Assembly (NCBI GenBank): GCA_963792585.1
Contig: CAWBWI010000006.1
Coordinates: 672,001 to 736,000, forward strand
Direction: 5' to 3'
DNA length: 64,000 nucleotides
Source of the DNA: Candidatus Eiseniibacteriota bacterium
GTDB lineage: Bacteria > Eisenbacteria > RBG-16-71-46 > CAIMUX01 > VGJL01
Below the pieces are notes generated by a model that was given only the letters and a program-made list of their open reading frames with translations, had not been told where the DNA came from and ran no database searches. Below, piece after piece: positions 9,444 through 19,670 of this stretch; positions within the stretch are counted from its first letter, which is position 1; every line of letters begins with the position of its first letter. The translations under genes were made by a program, and so were the position numbers.

Positions 9444-10064
9444 ATGCTGCAGTCCGTTCTCATAGGCAGCGGGCTTGCGTTCTCTGCGGCACTCCAACCC
9501 GGACCGCTCCAGGCCTTTCTCCTCGCGCGGGTGGCGACCACCGGCTGGAGACGCACCCTTCCCGCGTGTCTGGCTCCTCTGATCAGCGACGGCCCTATCG
9601 CCGCGGTCGCCCTGCTCTTCCTGTCGCGACTCCCTCTCGCCGCGCAGCACGTCCTGCGCATGGCCGGCGGTCTCCTGCTTCTCTACCTCGCTTGGGGCAT
9701 CGCGCGGCAATGGCGGAATCCACCGCCGGTGGCGACGAAGACGTCCGGCCCGCGCACGATGCTCCAGGCGGCCGTGGTCAACATTCTCAACCCGAACCCG
9801 TATCTGGGCTGGACGTTCGTCCTCGGCCCGTCGGTCCTCAGCGCTTGGCGCCGCCAGCCGGCCACGGCCATCGCCTTGCTCGCCGCATTCTATGGAACCA
9901 TGGTCGTCATGCTGGCGGCACAGATCATCTTGGTCGGAACCTCCCGATTCCTGGGCCCCAAGGCGCAACGTGTGCTCGTCGGCATCTCAGCGCTCATTCT
10001 CGCCGGTTTGGGCATCTATCTCCTAGCCGACGGCGCCCGGCAACTCACTTCGATCGTCCGGTGA
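9444..10064 (+). CDS. LysE-family transporter
   Basis: QPGPLQ N-terminal motif, NILNPNPYLGW, multiple TM helices. Confidence 0.85.
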   Translation: MLQSVLIGSGLAFSAALQPGPLQAFLLARVATTGWRRTLPACLAPLISDGPIAAVALLFLSRLPLAAQHVLRMAGGLLLLYLAWGIARQWRNPPPVATKTSGPRTMLQAAVVNILNPNPYLGWTFVLGPSVLSAWRRQPATAIALLAAFYGTMVVMLAAQIILVGTSRFLGPKAQRVLVGISALILAGLGIYLLADGARQLTSIVR

Positions 10065-10119
10065 AGCTCCCCGCAGAACTCCTCTGGACCCGTCCGGATG
10101 GGCTCCATACACTTCGAGC

Positions 10120-10488
10120 ATGGCCTCGAGCTACGAGGATCACATTCTCCGTCAGATCCGCGCGTTCGCCGCGGCTTTGGCCCGGATCATGGGGCTGCGC
10201 AACGCTGGTCTGATCGAAGAGGCGCGCGTCGCGCTCGATCACGAATACCAATCCCTTGTCGGCGACCAGCATGATGTCTTGCGATCGGTCGATGCCGTCA
10301 CGGCAGCGCACATGCTCAACGTTCCAGGACGCATTGCCGCCTACGCACGATTGGTCCATGAGGAGGCGGCGTTGACTGCCGACGCCACAGCGGCTTCGGC
10401 CCTTCGCCGGCGCTCCCTCGAACTGGCCCTCGAGGCCCTGCAACGCGGCTACGAGGACGAGACGTTCCCCCGTTCGTCCGAGAGCTGA
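10120..10488 (+). CDS. Hypothetical helical protein (DUF6483-like N-terminus)
   Basis: YEDHILRQIRAFAAALARIMGL start; coding-like codon usage. Confidence 0.6.
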   Translation: MASSYEDHILRQIRAFAAALARIMGLRNAGLIEEARVALDHEYQSLVGDQHDVLRSVDAVTAAHMLNVPGRIAAYARLVHEEAALTADATAASALRRRSLELALEALQRGYEDETFPRSSES

Positions 10489-10720
10489 CCCCGGGGGTCG
10501 ACGTGGCTTCCCTCACGAGCGCGCACCAAGACCAGCTCCGTATCATCCGGTATTCGTAAGAGCCTAGACGACGGCGATGCCCGCGCCGACGGCTCGGGGA
10601 GGTGCGCCCGGCAATCCCCTCGCCCGCCGCGCTTCGATGGCGTAGGCTCCAGCGCTGGAGACCGTGCATGGCGGCTCCGGCCGTCCCCGAGCGGGGCGGC
10701 ATCCGTCTCCGGAGGTCCGT

Positions 10721-11236
10721 GTGAATCGACGTCTTCGCAAGAAGCTGAAAGTAGGGGAATTCCGGCAACTCGGATTCCGCGTAACCATTGTCTGCGCCGG
10801 GGCGGCGACCACCGACGATTTCGACGCCCTGGCCCGGGAATGGCTCTTCGAAATCTGTGATCGGCTCGGTCTGGAGCGGTGCATGGCAGGGTGGCCGCCG
10901 CACTATGCCGAGCTCTTTGCGGTGCGGAACCAGGGATCCACCTCGGAGGAGGATCGGCGATCGGTCTCCGACTGGCTCCGCCATCGCTCCGGCGTGATGC
11001 GGTTCAACGTCGGGCCGCTCGTCGACGTGACGCACGACCCGCTGGAGAACGACGACCCGCTCTGGGACTCCGGGCGAGGACCCTTTCACTATCTCGCGAT
11101 CCCGAACGCGCCGCGCGGCACCCGGCTGACATGCAGCCGGCCTTTCCTCGCATGGCTATCGAGAGATTACGACCTCAACGGACCGATCTCCCAGCGGGCG
11201 CCGGGCGTCATCCGGGGAGTGATTCGTCCGGCATAG
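10721..11236 (+). CDS. YggL/DUF469-family protein with C-terminal extension
   Basis: NRRLRKKLKVGEFRQLGF...GSTSEEDR..V.DWL...VGPLVD signature; GGAGG RBS before GTG 10721. Confidence 0.8.
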   Translation: MNRRLRKKLKVGEFRQLGFRVTIVCAGAATTDDFDALAREWLFEICDRLGLERCMAGWPPHYAELFAVRNQGSTSEEDRRSVSDWLRHRSGVMRFNVGPLVDVTHDPLENDDPLWDSGRGPFHYLAIPNAPRGTRLTCSRPFLAWLSRDYDLNGPISQRAPGVIRGVIRPA

Positions 11237-11374
11237 GATCACCATCCGCAGAGGACCGGTCATGGAAACGAGTTACCTGCAACAGCGGTTCGACGCCCCG
11301 GCAGAGGCGCCGGCGAGCCTGTTGGGAGCGGGCGGCGAGGATGGCGCCTCGGACTCCCCGGGGAAGGACGCTCC

Positions 11375-11950
11375 GTGACCAAAGGGCGGCTCGAAGCCTT
11401 CAGCGACGGCGTTCTCGCCATCATCATCACGATCATGGTGCTCGAGCTTCATGTGCCGCATCACGCCGATCTGGCGGCCCTCCGGCCTTTACTCCCCGTC
11501 CTCATGAGCTATGCCCTGAGCTTCGTCTACCTCGGCATCTACTGGAACAACCACCACCACATGCTCCAGGCGGTGACCAGGGTGAACGGCCGAGTCCTGT
11601 GGGCCAATCTCCACCTCCTGTTCTGGCTCTCCCTCGTTCCCTTCGTCACTGGCTGGATCGGAGAGACCCGTTTCGCGGCATTGCCCGTGGCGCTCTACGG
11701 AGGCGTGCTCCTGCTCGCAGCGATCGCCTATTACATCCTCGCCCGCAGCCTGGTTTCGCTTCACGGCGCCGACTCCGTGATCGCACGAGCGCTCGGGCGG
11801 GACTTCAAAGGCAAGATCTCGATCGTGATCTACATTGCCTCCATGCCGCTCGCCTTTCTCAGGCCGGCCCTCGCCCTCGCGCTGTTCGTGGTCGTCGCAA
11901 TCATGTGGCTCGTCCCCGACCCCAGGATCGAAAAGACCCTGGGTGTTTGA
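11375..11950 (+). CDS. TMEM175-family (DUF1211) potassium channel
   Basis: RLEAFSDGVLAIIITIMVL and YWNNHHH signature. Confidence 0.95.
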   Translation: MTKGRLEAFSDGVLAIIITIMVLELHVPHHADLAALRPLLPVLMSYALSFVYLGIYWNNHHHMLQAVTRVNGRVLWANLHLLFWLSLVPFVTGWIGETRFAALPVALYGGVLLLAAIAYYILARSLVSLHGADSVIARALGRDFKGKISIVIYIASMPLAFLRPALALALFVVVAIMWLVPDPRIEKTLGV

Positions 11951-11966
11951 TGTACAAGGAGTAAGC

Positions 11967-12485
11967 GTGAAGGGAATCTTCGATCATATCGACGAGGAAC
12001 TGCAGATCGTGCAGCCGAATGCTTTGCGATGGCGGTTCGAAATCCGAACCGGGGATTCGATTGTCGCGAGTCTGTCATTCCACCGCTTCCTTGGATCGAA
12101 GGCGTACGTGGAGAGCGAGAACGGCTGCTGGACGTTTCGCAGGACAGGGTTTCTGCCCAAGCGCATCTCGATCCGGGTCGCCGGTCAGGAGACGGAGATC
12201 GCCGGTTACGTGGAGAACATGTGGACCAAAGGAGGAACTCTGCGACTGCTCGACGGGAGAGCGTTCGTGGTGCGCGCCAACTTCTGGCTGACTCGCTTCG
12301 AAATCCTCTCGGCGGATGGTTCCTCGATCGTTCGGTACAGCGGGATCCGAGGACTTCTCCATCGGTCCGCCGCTGTTCGGATTCTGCCGGAGGCCGGCGC
12401 GCTGGAGGAATTGCCCTGGCTCGTTCCGCTCGGGTGGTACATCGCCGTCATTGCATTGCGGAACCGTTCGGCGAGAGCCGGTTGA
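11967..12485 (+). CDS. Hypothetical protein
   Basis: AAGGAG RBS before GTG 11967; beta-rich 172-aa ORF. Confidence 0.65.
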   Translation: MKGIFDHIDEELQIVQPNALRWRFEIRTGDSIVASLSFHRFLGSKAYVESENGCWTFRRTGFLPKRISIRVAGQETEIAGYVENMWTKGGTLRLLDGRAFVVRANFWLTRFEILSADGSSIVRYSGIRGLLHRSAAVRILPEAGALEELPWLVPLGWYIAVIALRNRSARAG

Positions 12486-12568
12486 TGACTATCGCGCCGC
12501 ACCGCCCTGTGATGCCGCGCCATGAAGCTCTTTGCGGTAGTCAAACGGGCCTATTCTGGAGGTGATCT

Positions 12569-13081
12569 ATGAACCGAAGCTTGTTGACTGTGTCGCTGAT
12601 CTTGTTGGTCCTCTTGGCCGGTGGCTGTCCCTACGACGCCAAGGCCCCTCTCGGCGATCCCGACCCCGCCCGTTTCGACAAGGGGCTGCTCGGCTTCTGG
12701 TCCGGGGAGGACACCAAGGACGGATCCCCGGTGCAGATACGGGTCCTGCCATTCAACACGACCGAGTACTACATCGAGCTCCGCGATAAAGAAGGCGACC
12801 TGACGCGGCTGCGCGCCTACCAGGTCGAGGTGGGTGGACGTCCCTTGCTCCAGATCAATGAGATCGATCCGGACGGTGCCGCCCCGCAATCGTATACTCT
12901 CGCCCGATACTCCATCGGCGCCGACAGCGCGATGACCGTGCATCTCGTCGGGGAACAGATCGTCCCGAAGGAAGCGGCAGCGGATCCGAAGGCGCTGCGC
13001 GAATTCCTGACCGCGCACTGGGAGGATCCGGCCCTGGACGACCCCGACACGGGTCTGATCCTCCGGCCGTCGAAGCCGTAG
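12569..13081 (+). CDS. Putative lipoprotein
   Basis: GGAGGTG RBS; signal peptide with lipobox LAGGC. Confidence 0.75.
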   Translation: MNRSLLTVSLILLVLLAGGCPYDAKAPLGDPDPARFDKGLLGFWSGEDTKDGSPVQIRVLPFNTTEYYIELRDKEGDLTRLRAYQVEVGGRPLLQINEIDPDGAAPQSYTLARYSIGADSAMTVHLVGEQIVPKEAAADPKALREFLTAHWEDPALDDPDTGLILRPSKP

Positions 13082-13159
13082 GCTCGGCATTCGAGTGACT
13101 TGCTGGGTCCGATCGGATAGGAAATCGACCGCATATAGGACAAGGGATCGGAGGTCCGG

Positions 13160-13585
13160 GTGACGTCGAGCGCGCCGAAGAAACCGACAACACCGCCGTC
13201 GCCGGCTCAGGTCGCGACGCTTCTGGGGAGGACTGCGCCGCTCTGGGAGCAACTCCACGCGGTCCTGACGACGACATTCGGCCCACTCTTGGAGAAGTGG
13301 TCCTATTCTGCCAAGACGGAGCGCTGGTCGGTCCAACTGAAGGAATCGCGGAAGAAACGGACGATTCTGTACGCGATCCCCTGTTCGAAGCATTTCATCG
13401 CGGCCTTCGCGCTGGGCGAGAAGGCCTGCGTGGCGTGCCACGGGGCAGGTCTCCCGGACGCCGTTCTGGGCATCATCGAACAGGCGCCCCGGTATCCTGA
13501 GGGACGTGGGGTCTGGCTCGAGGTTCACAACAAGCGGGAGCTCGAGGCGGCCCTCAAGGTCGCCTCCATCAAGATGGCGAACTGA
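13160..13585 (+). CDS. DUF3788-family protein
   Basis: KKRTILY.IP...F.LGEKA...YPEGRGV.LEV...IK pattern. Confidence 0.75.
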   Translation: MTSSAPKKPTTPPSPAQVATLLGRTAPLWEQLHAVLTTTFGPLLEKWSYSAKTERWSVQLKESRKKRTILYAIPCSKHFIAAFALGEKACVACHGAGLPDAVLGIIEQAPRYPEGRGVWLEVHNKRELEAALKVASIKMAN

Positions 13586-13650
13586 TCCAACATGATCCAC
13601 GTGCGCGTGCTGCGCCGCCCCGGCCGGCGGCGAGATGGCGAGGCAGCAAA

Positions 13651-14130
13651 ATGAGCTCACTTCAAGCCGCGGCGCGCGAATTCCTCGCGCAGAGACGGAT
13701 CGCCGTCGCGGGCGTGTCGCGCGATCCGAAGCAAACGGCCAATTTCATCTACCGCAGATTGCGGGAGGGCGGACGTGACGTCTTCGCCGTGAACCCGAAT
13801 GCGGATCGGGTCGAGGGGGATCCGAGCTACGCCCATGTCGGGGCAATCCCGGGAGGTGTGGATGCCGTCGTCATCGCCACCCGTCCGGAGATCGCCGAGC
13901 AGATCGTACAAGACTGCCTCGCGGCCGGGATTCGAAGGGTATGGATGCACCGCTCCTTCGGGCACGGGAGCGTGTCGGCGCCGGCTGCGGCCGTCGGCCG
14001 GCGCGGCGGGATGCTTGTCATCGACGGCGCGTGCCCGATGATGTACCTCGAACCGGTCGACTTCTTTCACAGGTGCGCACGGTGGATCCTGGGAGTGACC
14101 GGCCACCTGCCCCGACCGGAGGCGACATGA
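13651..14130 (+). CDS. CoA-binding protein (YccU-like)
   Basis: IAVAGVSR...VFAVNP...VWMH...GACPMM. Confidence 0.9.
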   Translation: MSSLQAAAREFLAQRRIAVAGVSRDPKQTANFIYRRLREGGRDVFAVNPNADRVEGDPSYAHVGAIPGGVDAVVIATRPEIAEQIVQDCLAAGIRRVWMHRSFGHGSVSAPAAAVGRRGGMLVIDGACPMMYLEPVDFFHRCARWILGVTGHLPRPEAT

Positions 14131-14669
14131 AGGCTGCTCTTCCATCGGGGGTTCTCCGCGCTGGCGGCCGCGTCTATCTGCGACGCCCCCGCCTCCGGGA
14201 TCGGGACACCTTCCTCCAGCTCGTCCGGTCGAGTCGCGCTTACCATCGCCCGTGGGCCCATCCGCCGCAGGACGCCGAGAGCTACGCCTCATTCGTCAAG
14301 AGCTGCCGTTCGCCGCGATGCGCCGGCATCCTCGCGTGGTTACGGGAGGACGACGCCCTGGTCGGCGTCTTCGTCCTGAGCGAGATCGTGCGGGGTTGTT
14401 TCCAGAGCGCCTATCTCGGCTATTACGGGCACGCGTCGCATGCGGGAAAGGGTCTCATGACCGAGGCTCTCCGGCTGACAACCGAGTATGCCTTCCGGGA
14501 TCTAGGCTTGCACCGAGTCGAGGCCAACATCCAACCGGGCAACGTGCAGTCGATTGCGCTCGTCAAGCGATGCGGTTTCCGTCTCGAGGGATACTCCCCT
14601 CGCTACCTCAAGATCGCGAATCAATGGCGGGACCACCTACGCTGGACCTTGCTGCGAGACGATCGCTGA
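14127..14669 (+). CDS. GNAT acetyltransferase, RimJ/RimL type
   Basis: QSAYLGY...GKGLMTEA...LHRVEANIQPGN..S...GFRLEG.SPRYLKI...WRDH; ATGA overlap with the upstream gene. Confidence 0.92.
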   Translation: MKAALPSGVLRAGGRVYLRRPRLRDRDTFLQLVRSSRAYHRPWAHPPQDAESYASFVKSCRSPRCAGILAWLREDDALVGVFVLSEIVRGCFQSAYLGYYGHASHAGKGLMTEALRLTTEYAFRDLGLHRVEANIQPGNVQSIALVKRCGFRLEGYSPRYLKIANQWRDHLRWTLLRDDR

Positions 14670-14670
14670 G

Positions 14671-15351
14671 ATGGCGACCTTCGACGAGATGCTCGCAGGA
14701 ATCCGGCCGGCCGTCATCCTGGATGTCGGATGCGGATGCGGGGACCGGACGCTACACCTTTGCCGACACGCGCCCCGCGTCATCGGGGTCGATGTCATGA
14801 CGCCGCCCCACAGGCGCTGGGCTCCGATTCGGAAACCCGCGGAGCTCGAGTTTGGCTGCATGGACGCCCGCCGGCTCGGCTTCCCGGACGCGTGTTTCCC
14901 GCTCGTGCTCGAGAGGGACTCCCTGCACCACATCGATGACTGGAAAGGCGCGCTGGAGGAGATGATCCGGGTGTCTTACGACGCGATCCTCATCGATGAA
15001 CCTGTGGATGATCTGAGGACGATCGAGAAGACGCGATCCTACGAAGCACAGTGCCTCTTTCTCGAGCTCCAGCAGGAGGTCGGGTACTCCCACTTCCGAC
15101 ATCTGGCCCCGGAAGCACTCATCACGACCATCGGCGAGCGCGTATCGATCGTGGCCGCCCACGTCGAGACATGTGACACACCGGTATCCTTCGAGGCGTT
15201 CTTCGAATCCTACGACGTATTTGCGCAACGGAGCGGGCGGGCGGACTACTGGCGTGAACGCAGAGAGGCATTCCGGGCCACATTGGGGACGACTCAGCTG
15301 TGCGATGATGACAGGCTCACGATTCTTGCCACAAAGCGGCCGCGGGGTTGA
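14671..15351 (+). CDS. Class I SAM-dependent methyltransferase
   Basis: ILDVGCGCG motif I; SLHHIDDW..ALEEMIRV. Confidence 0.85.
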   Translation: MATFDEMLAGIRPAVILDVGCGCGDRTLHLCRHAPRVIGVDVMTPPHRRWAPIRKPAELEFGCMDARRLGFPDACFPLVLERDSLHHIDDWKGALEEMIRVSYDAILIDEPVDDLRTIEKTRSYEAQCLFLELQQEVGYSHFRHLAPEALITTIGERVSIVAAHVETCDTPVSFEAFFESYDVFAQRSGRADYWRERREAFRATLGTTQLCDDDRLTILATKRPRG

Positions 15352-15381
15352 GCCGAGTTTCACGAAAGGCGGGTACAATCG

Positions 15382-15924
15382 ATGCGTCGGATAGGGTGGA
15401 CCCTTTGGATCGGGATGGTGTTTCTGCCAATGGTAGCGTACGGCGAAGTCGTCGACAGCAGACTCGACGGCTTCGAAGCCAAATTGGAAGTTTCGATTTC
15501 AGCACCCCCGGACAGCGTATATCGAGCCCTGGTCTACGGGATCGGCTCATGGTGGGATGCAGAGCACACGTGGTCGGGGGATCCGAAGAACCTCTCGATC
15601 GATCCCAGGCCCGGCGGTTGCTTCTGCGAAAAGCTCCCGGACGGCGGGGGCGTGCAGCATCTCACGGTTGTCTATGTCGCACCCGGCAAGCTCCTACGGA
15701 TGACGGGAGTCCTCGGCCCGCTCCAGGCATCCGGCCTGACGGGAACCATGACCTGGGAATTCCAGGAGGCTCTCGGTGGAACGAACGTCGTTGAAACCTA
15801 TAGCGTCGGCGGATACTTCCAGGGTGGTCTCCAGTCGCTCGCGCCGGTCGTTGACTCCGTCTTGCTTGGCCAGCTCATGAGACTCAAGGGCTTCGTCGAG
15901 ACCGGAGGCGTTGAAACAAAGTGA
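15382..15924 (+). CDS. Secreted SRPBCC-family protein
   Basis: Signal peptide; WWDAEHTWSG...GGCFCE...GVLGPLQ. Confidence 0.8.
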   Translation: MRRIGWTLWIGMVFLPMVAYGEVVDSRLDGFEAKLEVSISAPPDSVYRALVYGIGSWWDAEHTWSGDPKNLSIDPRPGGCFCEKLPDGGGVQHLTVVYVAPGKLLRMTGVLGPLQASGLTGTMTWEFQEALGGTNVVETYSVGGYFQGGLQSLAPVVDSVLLGQLMRLKGFVETGGVETK

Positions 15925-16016
15925 CGGGCGCGGGCGCCGGGTGTATTCTCCCTAGTCGTCGTAGCGTGTTCCCGTATTGTCCGGAGCCCCGACCGGGCGA
16001 ATCTATGGAGGGAGCC

Positions 16017-16238
16017 ATGCCCGATGCGATTTGTGTCCGCGTCTTCCCCAGCCGCGAAGAGGCCCAGCTTGCGAAGGGGATCCTCGAGGATATCGACATC
16101 GAAGCCTTCCTCTTGTCCGAGGCGGAAGGAGATGCGCGGCGCGATACCCCTGCCGCGGCCGACCAGGTCAAGCTGATGGTCGCGGCCCGGGACGCCGCCC
16201 GCGCCCGCAGCGTGCTTCGGGGCGGATCGAGGTCCTAG
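16017..16238 (+). CDS. DUF2007-like small protein
   Basis: EAQLAKGILEDIDIEAF...VKLMV...DAARARSVL; GGAGG RBS. Confidence 0.7.
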   Translation: MPDAICVRVFPSREEAQLAKGILEDIDIEAFLLSEAEGDARRDTPAAADQVKLMVAARDAARARSVLRGGSRS

Positions 16239-16395
16239 CCTTCGACCTGGAGAATCCTCCGGCTCATCCAGCCCGGCTATCGATGGGCGATGCACCCGTA
16301 AGAAGCGCCCGACATCGGACACTCCTGCAGCGTCCCGTTCTTCCTGTACAATCTCACGGGGCGAAGACCGGGGTGGGTCAGTCTGGAGGGTCCGA

Positions 16396-16737
16396 ATGCG
16401 CACGGCGGTTTGGATCGGAGCGCTCGCGGTCGTCCTGGCATGCGGGTGCGGCGATGACGGGACGAATCCCGGAGGCGGCGGCTACTCCGACGTCCGCTTC
16501 CTGTCGGGGACGCCGGTCCACGGCGAGTTTCCCACCTACATGGGGGCGGTGCGCAACTTCGGCAACCGCCCGGCCTGCACGGTCGTCCTTCAGTTTCACT
16601 GGGAAGGCCAGAGCCGGACCCTGAGCCGGCCCGACCCGCTGCAGCCCGGAGACGATTGGGAGTTCACGATCCACTTCGAGGGACCCATCAATTCCGGGAT
16701 CCCGGAGCGGGCGATCACGGTCGGCCGCTGTCTCTGA
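16396..16737 (+). CDS. Putative small lipoprotein
   Basis: GGAGG RBS; lipobox-like LACGC followed by GDDGTNP. Confidence 0.65.
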   Translation: MRTAVWIGALAVVLACGCGDDGTNPGGGGYSDVRFLSGTPVHGEFPTYMGAVRNFGNRPACTVVLQFHWEGQSRTLSRPDPLQPGDDWEFTIHFEGPINSGIPERAITVGRCL

Positions 16738-16779
16738 TCGGCTTCCACGAATGACGGACTTCGCTATGGCGGAAATTGG

Positions 16780-17631
16780 ATGGGGGCGTCCGGTGTGACG
16801 TCCGCGCAGCCGCTCCGCGTGCGGCGCTACGGCGCCGCGGGCCCGCTTGTCATCGTCCTCCACGGGGGGCCGGCCGCTCCTGGGGAGGCGGCGCCGCTCG
16901 CGAGGGGTCTTGGGGGGACCTTTCACGTCCTGGAGCCGTGGCAGCGAGGGAGCGGAGCGTCGCCGCTGACCGTCGCGACCCACATCGAGGATCTCCGGGA
17001 CTTGATCTCCGACAACTGTGGGGAACCGCCGCCGACGCTCGTCGGCGAATCGTGGGGCGCAATGCTCGCCCTCGCCTTTGCCGCCGCGCATCCTGAGGCG
17101 AGCGGTCCGATCGTCCTCGTGGGGTGCGGCACCTTCGACGGTGTGTCCCGGGCGCGGATGAAGGAAATCCTGGAAGAACGGACCGATCCGGAGCTGCGAC
17201 GGCGTCTGGAGCGCCTTGCGCTCGAGTGCCCGGATCCAGGCGAGCGCCTCTTCAGGAAGCACGAGCTGACGCGGGCGCTTTACACAGTCGACCCCATCGA
17301 GGAGGGGCCCCCCGACCCCGAGATCCCATCGTTCGATCCCCGCGCCCACGCAGAGACCTGGGCCGACATGCTGCGGCTGCAGGAGGCCGGGGTATACCCT
17401 GCCGCGTTCGCGGCGATCCGATCGCCCGTCCTCATGCTCCACGGCACCTACGACCCCCATCCGGGCGGAATGATCCGGGCAAGTCTCGCGCCGTGCATTC
17501 CACAGCTCGAATACCGCGAGTGGGAACGGTGTGGACACAGCCCGTGGATGGAGCGGCCCGTTCGGGACGAGTTCTTTGCCGTCCTCCGGGAGTGGATCGC
17601 ATCTCATGCCGGTCACTCTCCGGGTGCTTGA
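16780..17631 (+). CDS. Alpha/beta hydrolase
   Basis: LHGGP oxyanion loop, GESWG nucleophile, HGTYD and CGHSP. Confidence 0.9.
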   Translation: MGASGVTSAQPLRVRRYGAAGPLVIVLHGGPAAPGEAAPLARGLGGTFHVLEPWQRGSGASPLTVATHIEDLRDLISDNCGEPPPTLVGESWGAMLALAFAAAHPEASGPIVLVGCGTFDGVSRARMKEILEERTDPELRRRLERLALECPDPGERLFRKHELTRALYTVDPIEEGPPDPEIPSFDPRAHAETWADMLRLQEAGVYPAAFAAIRSPVLMLHGTYDPHPGGMIRASLAPCIPQLEYREWERCGHSPWMERPVRDEFFAVLREWIASHAGHSPGA

Positions 17632-17882
17632 CGATTCCGAACGTCCGGGCCCTCCTGTCCCCTCTTCTTTTTCGATGTCGCCCGAAGGAAGCTCTGTTAT
17701 TGTTTTCGCCATCGTCCCGCGCGGTCACGCGGTCGCCGCCCAGCCGAACGTTCAATTCGTGGAGGTCTTGAGGCGAATGCTGCAGGCGAGGTCCCGGAAT
17801 CGGATCCCGTCATCGCTCTCTTCGTTCGAGTTCCGTACATGAGGGTCGCGACATCGCCGGCCGGCGCCAATAAGGAGGTGTC

Positions 17883-18392
17883 GTGGACGTTCAGTCCATT
17901 CTGATCACACAGTACCGTGCGGCCCTGCGGATGACCCGCTCGGCGGTGACGGCATGTCCGGAGTCGCTGTGGACGGACGGCTCCTTCAAGAACCGTTTCT
18001 GGCACGTGGCATACCACACGCTCCACTACGCGCATCTCTACCTCGGCCGGTCGGTGGAGAGCTTCGTACCCTGGGAGAAGGCCCGGCCGGAATACCAGTA
18101 CTTGGGCCCCGTGCCGTGGCCACCCCACGCGGAGCCGAAGATCGGAGAGCCTTACGACAAGGCCGAGATTCTGGAGTTCGGGCAGTTGGTGGCGGCGATG
18201 GTCGCGCGGCAGGTGCGGGACATTCCGCTGGACGAGCCGTCCGGCTTCGCCTGGCTACCGTTTTCCCGACTCGAGCTACACGTCTACGGGATCCGGCACA
18301 TACAGCATCACACGGGCCAGCTCATCGACCGGATCCGCGAACGTTGCGGAACCGGTGTCGAGTGGATCGGAATAGAGCAGGAAGAACCCTGA
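17883..18392 (+). CDS. DinB-family protein
   Basis: FWHVAYH...RHIQHHTGQL; TAAGGAGG RBS. Confidence 0.85.
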   Translation: MDVQSILITQYRAALRMTRSAVTACPESLWTDGSFKNRFWHVAYHTLHYAHLYLGRSVESFVPWEKARPEYQYLGPVPWPPHAEPKIGEPYDKAEILEFGQLVAAMVARQVRDIPLDEPSGFAWLPFSRLELHVYGIRHIQHHTGQLIDRIRERCGTGVEWIGIEQEEP

Positions 18393-18632
18393 TACGTTCG
18401 AATCCGCGGTCAGGATGGGGCATCTCGCCGCATCTCCCGAGCGCCAGGAGGTCGCATTGACGACTTGGGACCGTCTTCTCCACGAGGTGGAGGCCAACGC
18501 ATCGGAGCCGGCCCGGCCGCGAGCTTTCCGGAATCGGCCCCTCGAATCGCACAGTCCCCCTGCCTTCCATGCGCCTTCTCGCCGGCACGAGACGGAAGTG
18601 GCGGCAACGGATGCGGGACGGATGGAGGGAGC

Positions 18633-19658
18633 ATGAGTCGAACGATACCCGAGATGATGAAGACGCCCGGCGTTTGCTACGCGATGACCGATGAGGGCCT
18701 CGAGGTCCCCGTCATCGATATCACACACGATGCGTTCGCGATCGATCCAACGCCGGAGGAACTGGCGGCCATATCCGCACAATCGTTGAGCCTCCTCAAG
18801 CAGTCGATCGGTGTCCCCACCATGCTCCAGAAGATGTTCACCAGGGGATCGATTCTCCTGCGCGAGGCGCACGGGAAATCGAGCTACCTGAGCGGGATGA
18901 CCACCTACCTGCAGAAGCTCGGCCCCGGTAATCTCGGTGCGGGATACGCGAACGATCTGGACCGCAAGGTGGCCGGATCGATCGGTCCGGTATCGGAACG
19001 GATGCGATTGCAGGACATCTCGGGCCTGCTGGCCGACGGGCTCGCTCCCGCCCTCACGACGCGACCCCACCGGCCGATCCAGTTGATCAGCATTGGAGGC
19101 GGCCCGGCGCCCGAGTGCTGGAACGCGCTCATCCTGCTGCGCCGCACAGATCCCAATGCGGTCGCGGGACGCCCGATCCGCATCCGGATCCTCGATCTCG
19201 ATCAGGAGGGACCCGCATTCGGCGGCCGGTGCCTGACTGCCCTGCGGGCCGAGGGATCCCCCCTGCACGGGCTCGACGTCATCTGCGAGCCAATCGTCTA
19301 CGACTGGGCGGACGTCGGCATCCTGCGCGGGGCGCTCGACGGCTTCATACCGGACTCCGTGGCGGCCGGATCCGCCGAGGGTGGCCTCTTCGAGTACGGG
19401 TCGGACTCGGAGATCGTCGCGAACCTCGAAGTCCTGCATACGGGAACGCCCGAGGACTTCCGGATCGTCGGATCGGTGGTCCGCGACGAGACGACCGCCG
19501 ACCCCAGCCTGCCGGTCCTACGCGACATGCGTGGGATTCCGCCCCGCTTGCTCGGCCTCGAGGCCTTCGGCGCACTCGCCGCCACGTCGGGCTGGAAGGT
19601 CGCCCGCGCGATCGAGGGAAATCCGTTCTACCATGTGGTGGAATTGAGCAAGGTGTAG
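18633..19658 (+). CDS. Hypothetical protein with SAM-dependent methyltransferase-like fold
   Basis: LISIGGGPA, ILDLD, EGGLFEY motifs; GGAGG RBS before ATG 18633. Confidence 0.65.
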   Translation: MSRTIPEMMKTPGVCYAMTDEGLEVPVIDITHDAFAIDPTPEELAAISAQSLSLLKQSIGVPTMLQKMFTRGSILLREAHGKSSYLSGMTTYLQKLGPGNLGAGYANDLDRKVAGSIGPVSERMRLQDISGLLADGLAPALTTRPHRPIQLISIGGGPAPECWNALILLRRTDPNAVAGRPIRIRILDLDQEGPAFGGRCLTALRAEGSPLHGLDVICEPIVYDWADVGILRGALDGFIPDSVAAGSAEGGLFEYGSDSEIVANLEVLHTGTPEDFRIVGSVVRDETTADPSLPVLRDMRGIPPRLLGLEAFGALAATSGWKVARAIEGNPFYHVVELSKV

Positions 19659-19670
19659 GTCGGAGGGGTC

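Noticed and set aside
12486..12543. Imperfect inverted repeat TGACTATCGC...GCGGTAGTCA
   Set aside because: Single occurrence with a long loop; cannot be assigned as a terminator or ncRNA.
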